30,515 nt of DNA from a virus (IMGVR_UViG_3300020042_001007:1-30515), one strand, 5' to 3'; shown: positions 14,302 to 24,707, numbered from the stretch's first letter. Translations and numbers: made by a program. Notes: generated from the sequence alone by a model not told the origin.

Positions 14302-17300
14302 AATTCTGCACTCCAAGCCAAAAAGGTTGATGCTTCTACAGTTCCTATTGAACCATCTCCCGCAGTTCTACTTGCACTACTTGTGCAACTTATACTAATT
14401 CCAGAAGTGGTAGCCGCAATAAAACTTGGCCCTGCTGAAAGTGTATCTCTACCACCCGCATAACGAACAGAATATTGCGCAGGAACTCCGCTTGTTTCTA
14501 AAGAAGTTGGTGCGACACGCATTTTTGTTATGAATGGAGTATAAATTTGCACAATAGTTGTTGAATTCCAATATCCAGTACCCCATTGTTCAGGATTACC
14601 CGACATAGTTATTTTTTGATAGTACCGCTGACACAAATCTAATTCAGTCCCGTAAGGTCGCACATCAAACGATGTTGCTATGTTGCCTTTTTCTAGTTGA
14701 ACGCCTGTGATTTGCCAAGTATTTGAAGCAGATGAACCTAAATTTACTTGACCAGTTATTCCCCGTTGTGAATCTAACGATTTCCAAACACTTGGGCTTC
14801 CTGTCGCTGAAGATAAAGCAAGGAAAAAATCAAGTCGTAAACCTTCACCATTTGTTGCGGTAACTGCACCAGTTGAATCAGCGGGAATCAAAATCGTTTT
14901 GTACTCCCAAGTGTTTGCCACATTTATTGTGTAGCCTAAAACACATGAACGATTTGCATCAGGTCTATATAAAAATGAACTAAATTGTCCTGTTAAATTA
15001 GATTTGACCCAAAAACTTAGCGTCATCAATGACGCATTTGCAGTACCAAAACCAATATCAAAAATATTGTTACCTTCAAATTTTGTTTCAAATCCTACAT
15101 CTGCACTTGAAGTTGATGTGCATGAAATTCTTAATGAATTAACAAATCCTGATGGTGCGTCACTAATTCTTTGGGCAGTAAAAGCACCGCCACCAAAAGA
15201 ATAATTAAATCTATCAACTGGAAAACCCGTAGAAGTTGTAATTGCCGAACCCGCATTGCGTTGGTCAATCATCATTGCACCATTGATAACACGATTGCGA
15301 AATCCTACAGTCATACCCGTGTTGAAATACGCATCACCATTTTGGTAAGCCAATGAACCCAAGTATTGATTCAACGGGATTTCATTGGGTGCGCTACCAA
15401 TATCCGATTGCGTAACTACTGCAACGCTATTTTCAGTTAGCGTTGTAAAGTTACCCGTGCTTGGTGCGGTATTTCCAATTGCGGGCGGGCTAGATAAATT
15501 AAGCGAACCGCCCAATGTCAGATTGCCCGATGTAGTAACCGTGCCTGATAACGAAATGCCGCTAACCGTGCCTGTACCGCCAACGCTTGTAACTGTACCC
15601 AATGGGTTTGCCGCCCAAGATGTATTTGTTCCATCAGTTGTAAGGTACTTACCCGATTGGCTTGTTTGGCTTGGCACTAAAGCATTAAACGCCGCGTTAG
15701 CAGTTGTTTGCCCTGTACCGCCATTAGCGATAGCAACCGTACCCGTAACATTTGCGGCATTGCCTGAAATGTTGCCAGTTACTTGCGACCCTGCCAAACT
15801 TAAAGAACTTAAAGTTGTTAGCGTTGCATTGCTTGATGCGGTAATGTTTGCCGCCGTGCCTGTCGTGTTTTGGTTTAGCGTTGGTACATCACCCGCAACG
15901 ATTGCCGCAAGTGCCGTATTAGTTCCGTTGGAACGCAAATAATAGCCCGATGTTTGCGTACCCGACAACGCGGTAATAGCCGCCGCCGCCGTTGTTTGTC
16001 CTGTACCACCGTTAGCAATTGGCAATGTACCCGTTACGCCCGTTGTTAAAGGCAAACCAGTTGCGTTAGTTAGAACACCCGATGTAGGCGTACCAAGCAA
16101 AGGCGTAACCAATGTTGGGCTTGTAGATAAAACTACCGAACCCGTACCCGTAGAAGTTGTAACGCCCGTACCGCCGTTTGCAACGGGTAATGTTCCGTTA
16201 ACGCCCGCAGTTAAAGATACGGTATTGTTAACCCATAAATCGGTGCTTGCGTTGTAAACAAGTGTTTGTCCTGTTACGGGCGTAACAATTGATACATCGT
16301 GTATTTCATCAAGTTCATATCCGTTTTGAACCTTGACCAACAACTTACCTTGCGTTGGATGCGCGTATTCAACAACGGCAACATAAACCAAGTGGATAGG
16401 CGCAGATGGTTTTGTAGCCGTTACCGCGCCCGCTACCGTACCGCTTAAATAAAGTTGCGCGCCATCGGTGTATGCGGATGTATCCATGTTTGTAAGCAAA
16501 CCAAAAACGGTTACATATCCGTTTGTATTGTTTGCTAGGTTGCTTGTCATCATGCCCAAGGTTTGCGCGGATGTTGAATCGCCCGTTGCAATCGCTTTTG
16601 ATACGGTTGAAATCTGACCCGTAGCACCTGAAATATAAACAACCGTACCCTTAGTTAATGTTGCGCCCGTAGTGTTACGAACTTGCGTTAACAAAGTAGA
16701 AGCGGGGGATGCCTCCGATACCGCCAAGTTAACCGTTGTTCCTGATGGCGTTACAACAATAGAACCATCCGTAGATGTAATAGAACCAATCGCACCAAGA
16801 TTAGTTAATGCACCGCCCGCCGTACTTGCACCCGTACCGCCATCGGCAATAGCCAAATCAGTAATGCCCGTGATGCTACCGCCTGTAATAGCAACGCTAT
16901 TTGCGTTTTGGGTTGACATTGTGCCAAGCCCTGATACTTGCGTATTGGCAATGGCAATTGCTACATCAGATGCGGCGGTTAGTTGACCTTGACCATTTAC
17001 AGTAAATGTAGGTACTGCGCTTGCAGTTCCATAAGGCGCGGCGGTAACGGTTGTATTAGCGATTGAAAGGGTACGGTTGGCGGCTAGGCTACCACCACCA
17101 GTTAAACCCGTTCCCGCGCTGATTGTTAGGCTTGTAGGCGGTGCGCCAACATCGGTGTTACTCAGAACAACAACGCCCGTGTAGCCGTTAACGCTTGCCA
17201 CTTGGTCGGTGTTATCAATCTTTTCCCATGCAGTACCGTTGTAGATTGCCCAATCGCCTACCAACCAATCGGTTACACCGTTAAGGTTTGTATTGCCCGC

Positions 17301-19205
17301 AACGGAAACAACATAATAGTAACCTTTGCTACCAACGCTAGATACAAGCGTAGGTGTATTGGTTGATGCGTTCCATGCGCCTTGGTAACTTACGCCGCCC
17401 TGAATACTTGCAGGGATTTGCGACAAAGGTACAGTACCGCCCGCATCTAGCGTAGCAACGCCTAGGGCAACGCCCGCGTTAAGTACGGCGGCAGTACCTA
17501 AACCAAGATTAGAACGCGCATCAGGGGCGTTAGATGCCCCTGTACCGCCATCAGCAATGGCTAGGTCTGTAATGCCTGTGATGCTTCCACCCGTAATAGT
17601 TACGGCATTGGAATTTTGCGTTGACATCGTACCCAAACCCGATATTTGGGTATTTGCAATTGCAATTGGGGTTGCCGCCAATGCGGTTAACTGACCTTGT
17701 GCATTTACTGTAGCCGTAAGGGTGTTAGATGCAGAACCAAATGCACCCGCAGTTACGGTTGTGTTTGCAATGTCGATTGTGCGGTTAGCAGATAAATCAC
17801 CGCCGCCCGAAAGCCCTGTACCCGCGGTAATAGTTGTTGCTTGGTTAGCCGCGTTAAGATTTGTTCTTGCCCCTGCCGCATCGCTTGCGCCCGTGCCGCC
17901 ATCAGCAACCGCCAAATCTGTGATGCCAGTAATTGTGCCGCCCGTTATCGCAACCGCATTAGCGTTTTGCGTTGACATAGTACCTAGCCCCGAAATCTGG
18001 GTATTGGTAATAGCAATAGGCGTATCGGCTAAAACAGTTAGTTGACCTTGTGCATTAACGGTTGCCGTTAGCGTTTTAGATGCCGCACCATAAGCCGCCG
18101 CGGTAACGCCCGTATTTGTAATGCTGAAACTACGATTAGCCGTAAGGTCGCCGCCGCCCGACAAACCAGTTCCCGCGGTTAGTGTTAGGGCTTGGTCAAC
18201 GGCGTTAAGGTTAGTTCTTGCACCCGCCGCGGTTGTCGCGCCTGTACCGCCGTTATCCAAATCCAATGTGCCGCTTAGTGTGATTGTGCCGCTTGTGGTA
18301 ACTGGCCCACCGCTAAAGGACATACCCGTAGTGCCGCCCGATACATCAACCGATGTAACCGTACCGCCGCCATCCGTTACCCATTCCAAACCCGTAGCCG
18401 TACCATCTAAACCTAGGCGTTTGTTTGCGTTGCCTGTGTACGATGGCAATAGATTAACCATTGCACCCGCCGCGGTGCTTGAACCAGTACCGCCATCAGC
18501 AACGGCAAGGTCGGTGATTCCTGTAATAGTGCCGCCAGTAATAGAAACGCTTGATGCGTTTTGCGTAGAAATCGTACCCAAACCCAAATTAGTTCGGGCA
18601 TCAGCGGCATTACTAGCACCAGTACCGCCATCGGCTACGGCAAGGTCAGTAATCCCCGTAATGCTACCGCCCGTGATAGCAACGCTACTTGCATCTTGTG
18701 TAGCAATAGTGCCTAAACCTAAGTTAGTACGCGCACCGCTTGCGGTAGATGACCCTGTACCGCCATTGGCAAGGGGCAATACGCCAGTAATATCGGCGGT
18801 AGAAATATCCAACAAATCCCATGCGCTATTAGTGCCATCAGTTTTAAGGTACTTGCCTGAATTGCCTGTTTGCGATGGGGCTAGGGCATTAAATCCCGCG
18901 TTGGCGGTAGTTTGTCCCGTGCCGCCTAAGTTAACGGGTACGGTGCTTAAACTAATTGTTGAACCAGTAACAACGATTGGGGCTTGCCCAATGTATTGAA
19001 TCGTACCTACAGGGCCAACAATCTCCGTTGTGCCATCAGTAAATGTAAATTCAAGATAAAGCGCGTTGTCAATTTCAACCGCAGTAACATCCGTAACGCC
19101 GCGACCCGCTACGCCCCTGTCAATCGCAATTTGCTGAATAGGTACAGGCGTAACTTCCAACAATAGATTGTTTGCGTCTTGAACGGTAACTTTAATGTTT
19201 GACAT
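14298..19205 (-). CDS. Long repetitive tail fibre protein, 1635 aa
   Basis: Gly/Thr-rich with many LAVADGGTG/LPxANGGTG repeats; C-terminal FRNRVINGAMMIDQR...GVQLEKG..ATSFD.RPYG.EL.LCQRYY domain. Confidence 0.85.
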   Translation of the reverse strand: MSNIKVTVQDANNLLLEVTPVPIQQIAIDRGVAGRGVTDVTAVEIDNALYLEFTFTDGTTEIVGPVGTIQYIGQAPIVVTGSTISLSTVPVNLGGTGQTTANAGFNALAPSQTGNSGKYLKTDGTNSAWDLLDISTADITGVLPLANGGTGSSTASGARTNLGLGTIATQDASSVAITGGSITGITDLAVADGGTGASNAADARTNLGLGTISTQNASSVSITGGTITGITDLAVADGGTGSSTAAGAMVNLLPSYTGNANKRLGLDGTATGLEWVTDGGGTVTSVDVSGGTTGMSFSGGPVTTSGTITLSGTLDLDNGGTGATTAAGARTNLNAVDQALTLTAGTGLSGGGDLTANRSFSITNTGVTAAAYGAASKTLTATVNAQGQLTVLADTPIAITNTQISGLGTMSTQNANAVAITGGTITGITDLAVADGGTGASDAAGARTNLNAANQATTITAGTGLSGGGDLSANRTIDIANTTVTAGAFGSASNTLTATVNAQGQLTALAATPIAIANTQISGLGTMSTQNSNAVTITGGSITGITDLAIADGGTGASNAPDARSNLGLGTAAVLNAGVALGVATLDAGGTVPLSQIPASIQGGVSYQGAWNASTNTPTLVSSVGSKGYYYVVSVAGNTNLNGVTDWLVGDWAIYNGTAWEKIDNTDQVASVNGYTGVVVLSNTDVGAPPTSLTISAGTGLTGGGSLAANRTLSIANTTVTAAPYGTASAVPTFTVNGQGQLTAASDVAIAIANTQVSGLGTMSTQNANSVAITGGSITGITDLAIADGGTGASTAGGALTNLGAIGSITSTDGSIVVTPSGTTVNLAVSEASPASTLLTQVRNTTGATLTKGTVVYISGATGQISTVSKAIATGDSTSAQTLGMMTSNLANNTNGYVTVFGLLTNMDTSAYTDGAQLYLSGTVAGAVTATKPSAPIHLVYVAVVEYAHPTQGKLLVKVQNGYELDEIHDVSIVTPVTGQTLVYNASTDLWVNNTVSLTAGVNGTLPVANGGTGVTTSTGTGSVVLSTSPTLVTPLLGTPTSGVLTNATGLPLTTGVTGTLPIANGGTGQTTAAAAITALSGTQTSGYYLRSNGTNTALAAIVAGDVPTLNQNTTGTAANITASSNATLTTLSSLSLAGSQVTGNISGNAANVTGTVAIANGGTGQTTANAAFNALVPSQTSQSGKYLTTDGTNTSWAANPLGTVTSVGGTGTVSGISLSGTVTTSGNLTLGGSLNLSSPPAIGNTAPSTGNFTTLTENSVAVVTQSDIGSAPNEIPLNQYLGSLAYQNGDAYFNTGMTVGFRNRVINGAMMIDQRNAGSAITTSTGFPVDRFNYSFGGGAFTAQRISDAPSGFVNSLRISCTSTSSADVGFETKFEGNNIFDIGFGTANASLMTLSFWVKSNLTGQFSSFLYRPDANRSCVLGYTINVANTWEYKTILIPADSTGAVTATNGEGLRLDFFLALSSATGSPSVWKSLDSQRGITGQVNLGSSASNTWQITGVQLEKGNIATSFDVRPYGTELDLCQRYYQKITMSGNPEQWGTGYWNSTTIVQIYTPFITKMRVAPTSLETSGVPAQYSVRYAGGRDTLSAGPSFIAATTSGISISCTSSASRTAGDGSIGTVEASTFLAWSAEL

Positions 19206-19214
19206 GATTTCCCT

Positions 19215-19697
19215 TTAGATAACAACAACACCATCCGAACGAACCAAGAACATTAAAAATATAATGTTGTCTTGGGCGGGCGTTGGCGAGTTGGCAGGGA
19301 AACTAATTTTGATGCGACCCGTAAAACAAGCAGGGTCAACCGCATCAATATTCAATTCGGGGTCACTTGTAATTAAACTCCAAGCGGAATCATCAATTAC
19401 TAAGGTAAACGAACCATTAGCATTGACTATATTGCTAATCGTTAGGTTGATAGAAGCGGGGGGGGGCGTGTAGTTTGCTACATCAAAAGATAAACCATTA
19501 CGCGTATCAATCAAATTAGAAACTGTACGGCGAACAATGCTTGCCGCAATGGTTGTACCCGTTAAATTAACAGGAACGCCATCGGATGTCATTTGCAGAT
19601 TCCAATAGGTGCGTTGGTTATAAACAAGTTCACCAGTAATCAAGGGGTTATCAAAACCACTTACTTGCGTGATTACATTTTTAGAAAATAATGCCAT
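19215..19697 (-). CDS. Virion structural protein (possible fibre-attachment protein)
   Basis: Start MALFSKN at 19697; PVNLTG.TI.A.I beta-rich motif; directly precedes the fibre gene. Confidence 0.6.
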   Translation of the reverse strand: MALFSKNVITQVSGFDNPLITGELVYNQRTYWNLQMTSDGVPVNLTGTTIAASIVRRTVSNLIDTRNGLSFDVANYTPPPASINLTISNIVNANGSFTLVIDDSAWSLITSDPELNIDAVDPACFTGRIKISFPANSPTPAQDNIIFLMFLVRSDGVVVI

Positions 19698-19702
19698 CTT
19701 AG

Positions 19703-19771
19703 CGTTCCCTATACATAGGTAAAACATCCGCGTACTCGCGGGGGAATGTGTCTTGTATTTTGGTTATTTTA
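19703..19771 (-). promoter_or_regulatory. Candidate promoter plus structured leader of the fibre operon
   Basis: TAAAAT (19771-19766); CCGCG-AGTA-CGCGG hairpin; TTCCC/GGGAA and CCTAT/ATAGG competing stems over the RBS region. Confidence 0.45.
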
Positions 19772-19780
19772 ATGCCCAAT

Positions 19781-22700
19781 TTAAATCTTGGGAATTTGTT
19801 TTTTTAATTCTTCAACTTGCGCTGACAATTCTTGTATGGCTTTGGTTAAAACCGCAATGTACGATGGGTAGTGAATGGTTTTAAAACCACTTTCATCGCC
19901 TACTTTCCAATCAGGTTCGTAATAAACAAGGGATGAACCTGATTCAATGATTTGGTCAACTTCATCTGCAATAAAGCCGTAGCCTTTTTGATGCTTGGGG
20001 TCGGCTTTAAGTTTGTAAGAAACAGGGCGCAATTTATTAACAAATGCCAAACCCAAATCGCTATTTGCAATTTCTTCTTTTAAACGTATATCAGATGGGC
20101 TTGTTGTTCGTACATCAATTGTCACAATATTGCTTGTGCCTGATGTTCCTACATAAGCCCCAACAATTCCAGTTGAACCGCTACCAAGAATGTTTAATCC
20201 CGAACCGCCCGCATTGGCTACGCCCGAATTAGTTGGAAAAATTCTAGCCCATGAACTAGCAATAACGCCGCCAAGAGAATTTGAATCGTTTGCAAGGCTT
20301 ACTGTACCCCATGTTCCATTACCACGCAAAACATCGCTTGAACTTCCAGTTGGTACGGCAAATGTGTAAGTTGACCATTTGAAAGTTCCGTTACACCAAA
20401 CGGCAGGGCCACTAGCGGAAATGCCATAAACACCCGCGCCCGAACCATTGGATAAACCAAATACGCCTGTCCCCGCAGAACCGTTGCCATAACCGCGAAC
20501 GCCTACGCCGCTAGTTCCGCTTGCATTGCCTTCAACGCCCCCGTATGGCCCGCTACCAAATACGCCTGTACCGCCTGACCCAAAAGATACCCCGCGTACA
20601 CCAAACGCATTGTTATCGCCATACCCGTAAACGCCCGCGGCTTCAATAACGGGGTTGTATGGCGTGTTATCCGCAAAAGCAATAATTCCATATTTTTGTG
20701 CGTAAGTTACATTTGCCGTTACTGCGGCAGTTCCCGCAACGGTTGTAACCGCACCGTTAAATTTAGCAGAACCAGTAATTTCAATATTACTTGCGCCAAT
20801 TAAGTTGCCTCTAAAAATACCATTGTTAAAAAATACATCGCCTGTACTTTGTTGAATGTAATAACCCGTTGTGCCATAAGTTCCCGCTGAACCATAAACA
20901 GGCGGGTTAGAACCGTTCCAGTTGTCCGAACGAATATCTTGAAAAATGCTTGCCGCTATTGGCCCTGTCCATGCGGTTGTTCCCGCCGCTACGCCATCAA
21001 TCGTTACCGCGTTACTGTTATACCTACCTTGGATGTACCACATCACTTGACCAACCGCTACCGCAGGGGCAGACAATGACCAACCGCTAGGGGCAGTAGC
21101 ACCGCTTGTAGGCGTTGTAAATGTTGGGGTAGCACTAGATTGGCTTTGAACCCTATACGCCGTTAGCGCAGTTAATCCGTTTGTTCCCGCAGGGCCAGTA
21201 GCCCCCGTTGGCGACCAAACAAATGCAGAACTGTTTGAACTTTTTTGCGATGATGCAATTTCGTTACCAACCGTATAAGTAAAGTAATAAGTCCCTGCGG
21301 GCAAAACCTGATTTGTAAATGTGTAGGTTGTGCCGTTTGCAACTGGAATATTGTTAGGCGATACGGCAGTATTTAAAACTTTGTACGATAACGAATCGGC
21401 GGGGTTTGTTGTGTAAAACAAAGTACCAAAAGTTACGCGACCCGTTGCGGGTATTGCAACCTGAACATCAAAACTAGGTACTGCATCCGTTGGGCGTGAT
21501 GCCGTAACCGTAGGTGCGCTTAATGCAGAAAAGAAAACGGGCGATGCCAAATTACTATTTGGTACGGGCGTAAATTGCGTTATGTCTTGGTCATCATAAA
21601 CTTGCGCGTTGTATTCGGTAAGTTCTAACTTTGCACCCAATGAACCATCGGGTAATGATGCTTCGTTAACTTTCATTACGCGGAATAATTTAGCGTTCCA
21701 ACCGTAATCAGAATTGGTAACGCTAACTACATTACCCGCATCAACTTGGATGCCGTAATAAGTTGTGCTAAACGAAACAATTAAATCTTCCCGTGCTTGT
21801 TCAAGCAAACGGTTAGCAAGGTAATGCGCTTGCACCGAATCGTTAACCATATCGTAAGTTAGCGAATACTTGTTAACGGGTTCGTTGGGATACAGTAAAC
21901 CGCTAGGCGTTTCAATGTTTACAAATGCGGCTTGGTCGCGGTTTTCTTTAAACGGGAATCGCGCTTCAACTTGGTTAATTGAACTTGTAATGTCAGTTGC
22001 GCTAACGCGGATTTCGCCAATGATGTTGTCATCATCAAACGCATACGCCGTAGATTCTGCTTTGTTAATTACGATTGACCATTGACCCAACGCGGCGTTG
22101 TAGGTCATCCACGAATCACATGAAGATACGATTCTGTCAATGTTGCTTAATACAGTTTGCCCCGCATCTAACACGCCGTTAATGCGATAACGCGGTTGCG
22201 TAGATGGTGAGCCGCTACTATTTGTAAATGTTATGTTTTGGTCGCCATATACATTTAACGCGGTTGCGCTTGTGCTATCTACAAAAGTTGCATCTATTGC
22301 GCCGCCGTAAACAGAATTTGTGATGTAGTCGTACCAAACATCGCCCGCTTTGGCTACGCCTGTTCCGTTTAAAGTATGTGCAACTTTAAATGTGATGGGT
22401 TGTAATTGTGTCGTATCAGCATCGCGGTTATAAATTAGTTTGACAATGGCAAAGCCCAAACTGTTCATTTGCCTTGTGCCTGTCCATCTTTGTCCCGCCG
22501 CAATATCGCTACCGCCCATTACCGTGCTAGGTGCGGATGCGCCGTTAGCGGATGTAATAGTACCGCCCGCGGTAGATGTATAAAGGTTGATGTAAAGGTT
22601 GCCGCTAATCTTTGTATCTACATTTCCCGCTTCATCGGTAAGGCTAACAACTTTAGTTAAATCGGTTGCATCAAAAGTAATTTTTCTATCACCGTAATAC

Positions 22701-23017
22701 ATATCGGTTCTATCAAAAGTAAATTGCCCATTGGGGCTAATACTTGAAATAGCCAAAACGTAATACATCGTTTTTTGGTCGGTAGTCAAAACCGCATCTA
22801 CGAATGTGCCGCCCATATAGGCGTTGCCGTAAACAATAGGAATAGCATTAACTGCGCTTGGCGGTACTTGTTGCCTTACGCCCATGTCTTGTTGTGCTTC
22901 AGGATTGTCGGCAAAGGCGCGGGTAACAACATAAGAAATGGCAAAGTTAACGGCAAAGGTTGCCATTGCCGTAGAAAAGCCAATTACCTCTAAACCCGCA
23001 ATTAAAGTTGCAACCAT
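19781..23017 (-). CDS. Tail tip/central fibre protein with C-terminal S74 intramolecular chaperone
   Basis: IPIVYG and RYRINGVLD (lambda J-like N-terminal half), Gly-rich GVYG repeats, SDIRLKEEI...LRPVSY...GFIADEV...LTKAIQEL. Confidence 0.88.
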   Translation of the reverse strand: MVATLIAGLEVIGFSTAMATFAVNFAISYVVTRAFADNPEAQQDMGVRQQVPPSAVNAIPIVYGNAYMGGTFVDAVLTTDQKTMYYVLAISSISPNGQFTFDRTDMYYGDRKITFDATDLTKVVSLTDEAGNVDTKISGNLYINLYTSTAGGTITSANGASAPSTVMGGSDIAAGQRWTGTRQMNSLGFAIVKLIYNRDADTTQLQPITFKVAHTLNGTGVAKAGDVWYDYITNSVYGGAIDATFVDSTSATALNVYGDQNITFTNSSGSPSTQPRYRINGVLDAGQTVLSNIDRIVSSCDSWMTYNAALGQWSIVINKAESTAYAFDDDNIIGEIRVSATDITSSINQVEARFPFKENRDQAAFVNIETPSGLLYPNEPVNKYSLTYDMVNDSVQAHYLANRLLEQAREDLIVSFSTTYYGIQVDAGNVVSVTNSDYGWNAKLFRVMKVNEASLPDGSLGAKLELTEYNAQVYDDQDITQFTPVPNSNLASPVFFSALSAPTVTASRPTDAVPSFDVQVAIPATGRVTFGTLFYTTNPADSLSYKVLNTAVSPNNIPVANGTTYTFTNQVLPAGTYYFTYTVGNEIASSQKSSNSSAFVWSPTGATGPAGTNGLTALTAYRVQSQSSATPTFTTPTSGATAPSGWSLSAPAVAVGQVMWYIQGRYNSNAVTIDGVAAGTTAWTGPIAASIFQDIRSDNWNGSNPPVYGSAGTYGTTGYYIQQSTGDVFFNNGIFRGNLIGASNIEITGSAKFNGAVTTVAGTAAVTANVTYAQKYGIIAFADNTPYNPVIEAAGVYGYGDNNAFGVRGVSFGSGGTGVFGSGPYGGVEGNASGTSGVGVRGYGNGSAGTGVFGLSNGSGAGVYGISASGPAVWCNGTFKWSTYTFAVPTGSSSDVLRGNGTWGTVSLANDSNSLGGVIASSWARIFPTNSGVANAGGSGLNILGSGSTGIVGAYVGTSGTSNIVTIDVRTTSPSDIRLKEEIANSDLGLAFVNKLRPVSYKLKADPKHQKGYGFIADEVDQIIESGSSLVYYEPDWKVGDESGFKTIHYPSYIAVLTKAIQELSAQVEELKKQIPKI

Positions 23018-23020
23018 TTT

Positions 23021-23467
23021 TTATTCCCTAACAAAAGTTGCGCCAAGGGCTTTGTATCCCCTGCGCGTGTAATCAATCAACGGGCCATTAGCCGAAATCG
23101 ATGTGCAAACAAAATCTACATCACCCGCCTTTAGCATTTCCTTTGCGCGTTCATCAAACGCTTTCCAAAGCCTACCGCCAACCGTTCCGTTACGATGTTC
23201 GGGTTCTACCCACCAAAGCAATTCGTTTAATTCTTTTACTTTTGGCGACCAAATGTTAGAACTTTTATAAGCCACAATCGCGCCGCGCAAATGCGAATCC
23301 ACATAAATGAACCCACGCCCTTGCATGATGCTAAACAATAGTTCTTCAACATACCTAGGAAAGTGATTACACGGTTCGCCAAGTTTTTTAATAGGGTTTT
23401 CATAGGCGTAAGCCTCCACAATTTCTAACAGTCTAGGAATGTCGTATCTTGTCGCGGGTCTTATCAT
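23021..23467 (-). CDS. GNAT-fold acetyltransferase-like protein
   Basis: MIRPATRYDIPRLL...ELLWWVEPEHRNGTVGGRLWKAF...YTRRGY. Confidence 0.7.
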   Translation of the reverse strand: MIRPATRYDIPRLLEIVEAYAYENPIKKLGEPCNHFPRYVEELLFSIMQGRGFIYVDSHLRGAIVAYKSSNIWSPKVKELNELLWWVEPEHRNGTVGGRLWKAFDERAKEMLKAGDVDFVCTSISANGPLIDYTRRGYKALGATFVRE

Positions 23468-24114
23468 GGAACTTCTTTAGAATTTTCGTAATCTGAAGTA
23501 ACGGTAGTTTCGCTTGCTTGCGTATTTGTTTTAGGCGGTGAACCAAAATCAAAAAATGTATTTGAAATTTCACTTACGCGGTTCATAGATGTATCGCCGC
23601 TATAAATAAATTGCCAGTTGTTTTGGTTTGTCTTAACGCCCGACAATCTGTTTTCTAAAACACGCCGCATTGATGAACACGAAATAGAACAAGTTGCAAT
23701 CCGTGTACGCGCTTCAGAATTAAAATCTTCGGTAATAGAAACGCTATTGATGATGCCTTGGTAGCGTTTAAAAAATTGTGTTGTAGGCGTAGTAATGATT
23801 TGGTTGTTTGAATCAAAGAACCCGCGCCATACTTCTACCAACGAACCTTTAATGTCGCTACTAAGAATCAATGCCACATTGGTTGGGTTGATGCCCGTCA
23901 ATTGAATGGTCATGTCATCCGATGTAGCCTTAATATCGCGCTGAACATCGCCAACGCTAAGTAGCGCACCAAGGTTTGTAAAGGTAATGCCGCCAACCGT
24001 AATAGGCGCGGCGGCGTTGCAGAATGTGTAAACAGTTCCCGCATTGCCAACGGTAAGTTTTACAAATTCCGCATGGTTGATTTGATAACCAGTTACCGCG
24101 TTAATTGTTGTCAT
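23464..24114 (-). CDS. Minor tail protein (hub-like)
   Basis: Position after TMP and distal tail gene; F..LG.LLSVG, I.LTGI, VEVWRGFFD, RYQGII motifs. Confidence 0.7.
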   Translation of the reverse strand: MTTINAVTGYQINHAEFVKLTVGNAGTVYTFCNAAAPITVGGITFTNLGALLSVGDVQRDIKATSDDMTIQLTGINPTNVALILSSDIKGSLVEVWRGFFDSNNQIITTPTTQFFKRYQGIINSVSITEDFNSEARTRIATCSISCSSMRRVLENRLSGVKTNQNNWQFIYSGDTSMNRVSEISNTFFDFGSPPKTNTQASETTVTSDYENSKEVP

Positions 24115-24707
24115 ACGATGTATTCTCTAAAAACAAATGGCGAATCCCATTGCACAAATGCGCCATCCGTCATTGGGTTTAATGTATATGTTGGGCATGA
24201 TTCTGCAACAACATTAAATGTACAAGCAGTTCCCAAGAAAACAGTTGTACCCGATGCGGGCGTACCAATCAAGGGGCGATGTATGCCTACAGATGAACCC
24301 GCGCTATCTGCGGTAATCTTGTAAACATAGCCGCTAATCATAATGAAATCGCCCGCCTTAAATGTGCCGTTAGAAGTTAGCGCAAGTGTTTGCGTATTAG
24401 CCGCGGGTGCGCCGTTTAGGGTTGCCGCCGTAGCAGTTCCGCGCATCTTTACAAACCATTGTAGATTTGTACTTGCAAAACTTATTTGTTCGGGCAATTG
24501 CCTATCTTTGTTGTCAATGCTTTGGATAATATCCCGAACTTGCGGATAGTAAAGGTAGGCATGGGGTTGGATAGTAAACACCCAAGGCACGGCGGTTAGG
24601 TATTGCGCTACGGTGATATAACCCGAACGCGCTACTTGTTGTCCAACCATACGGCGGTTGTTAACCGTCATTGATTGTTGTATATCAAAAATGGTTTGAA
24701 AACTCAT
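24111..24707 (-). CDS. Distal tail protein-like
   Basis: Directly follows TMP; FKAGDFI.I...VYKITAD and terminal FREY. Confidence 0.65.
   Translation of the reverse strand: MSFQTIFDIQQSMTVNNRRMVGQQVARSGYITVAQYLTAVPWVFTIQPHAYLYYPQVRDIIQSIDNKDRQLPEQISFASTNLQWFVKMRGTATAATLNGAPAANTQTLALTSNGTFKAGDFIMISGYVYKITADSAGSSVGIHRPLIGTPASGTTVFLGTACTFNVVAESCPTYTLNPMTDGAFVQWDSPFVFREYIV

Noticed and set aside
15385-18999. Long plus-strand ORFs (e.g. 18121-18999, 15385-15942)
   Set aside because: Antisense shadows of the Gly/Thr/Ala-rich fibre gene, with no independent protein motifs.
11814-19205. Diversity-generating retroelement or invertible fibre cassette
   Set aside because: No reverse transcriptase or site-specific recombinase in the window; repeat differences are synonymous rather than adenine-specific.
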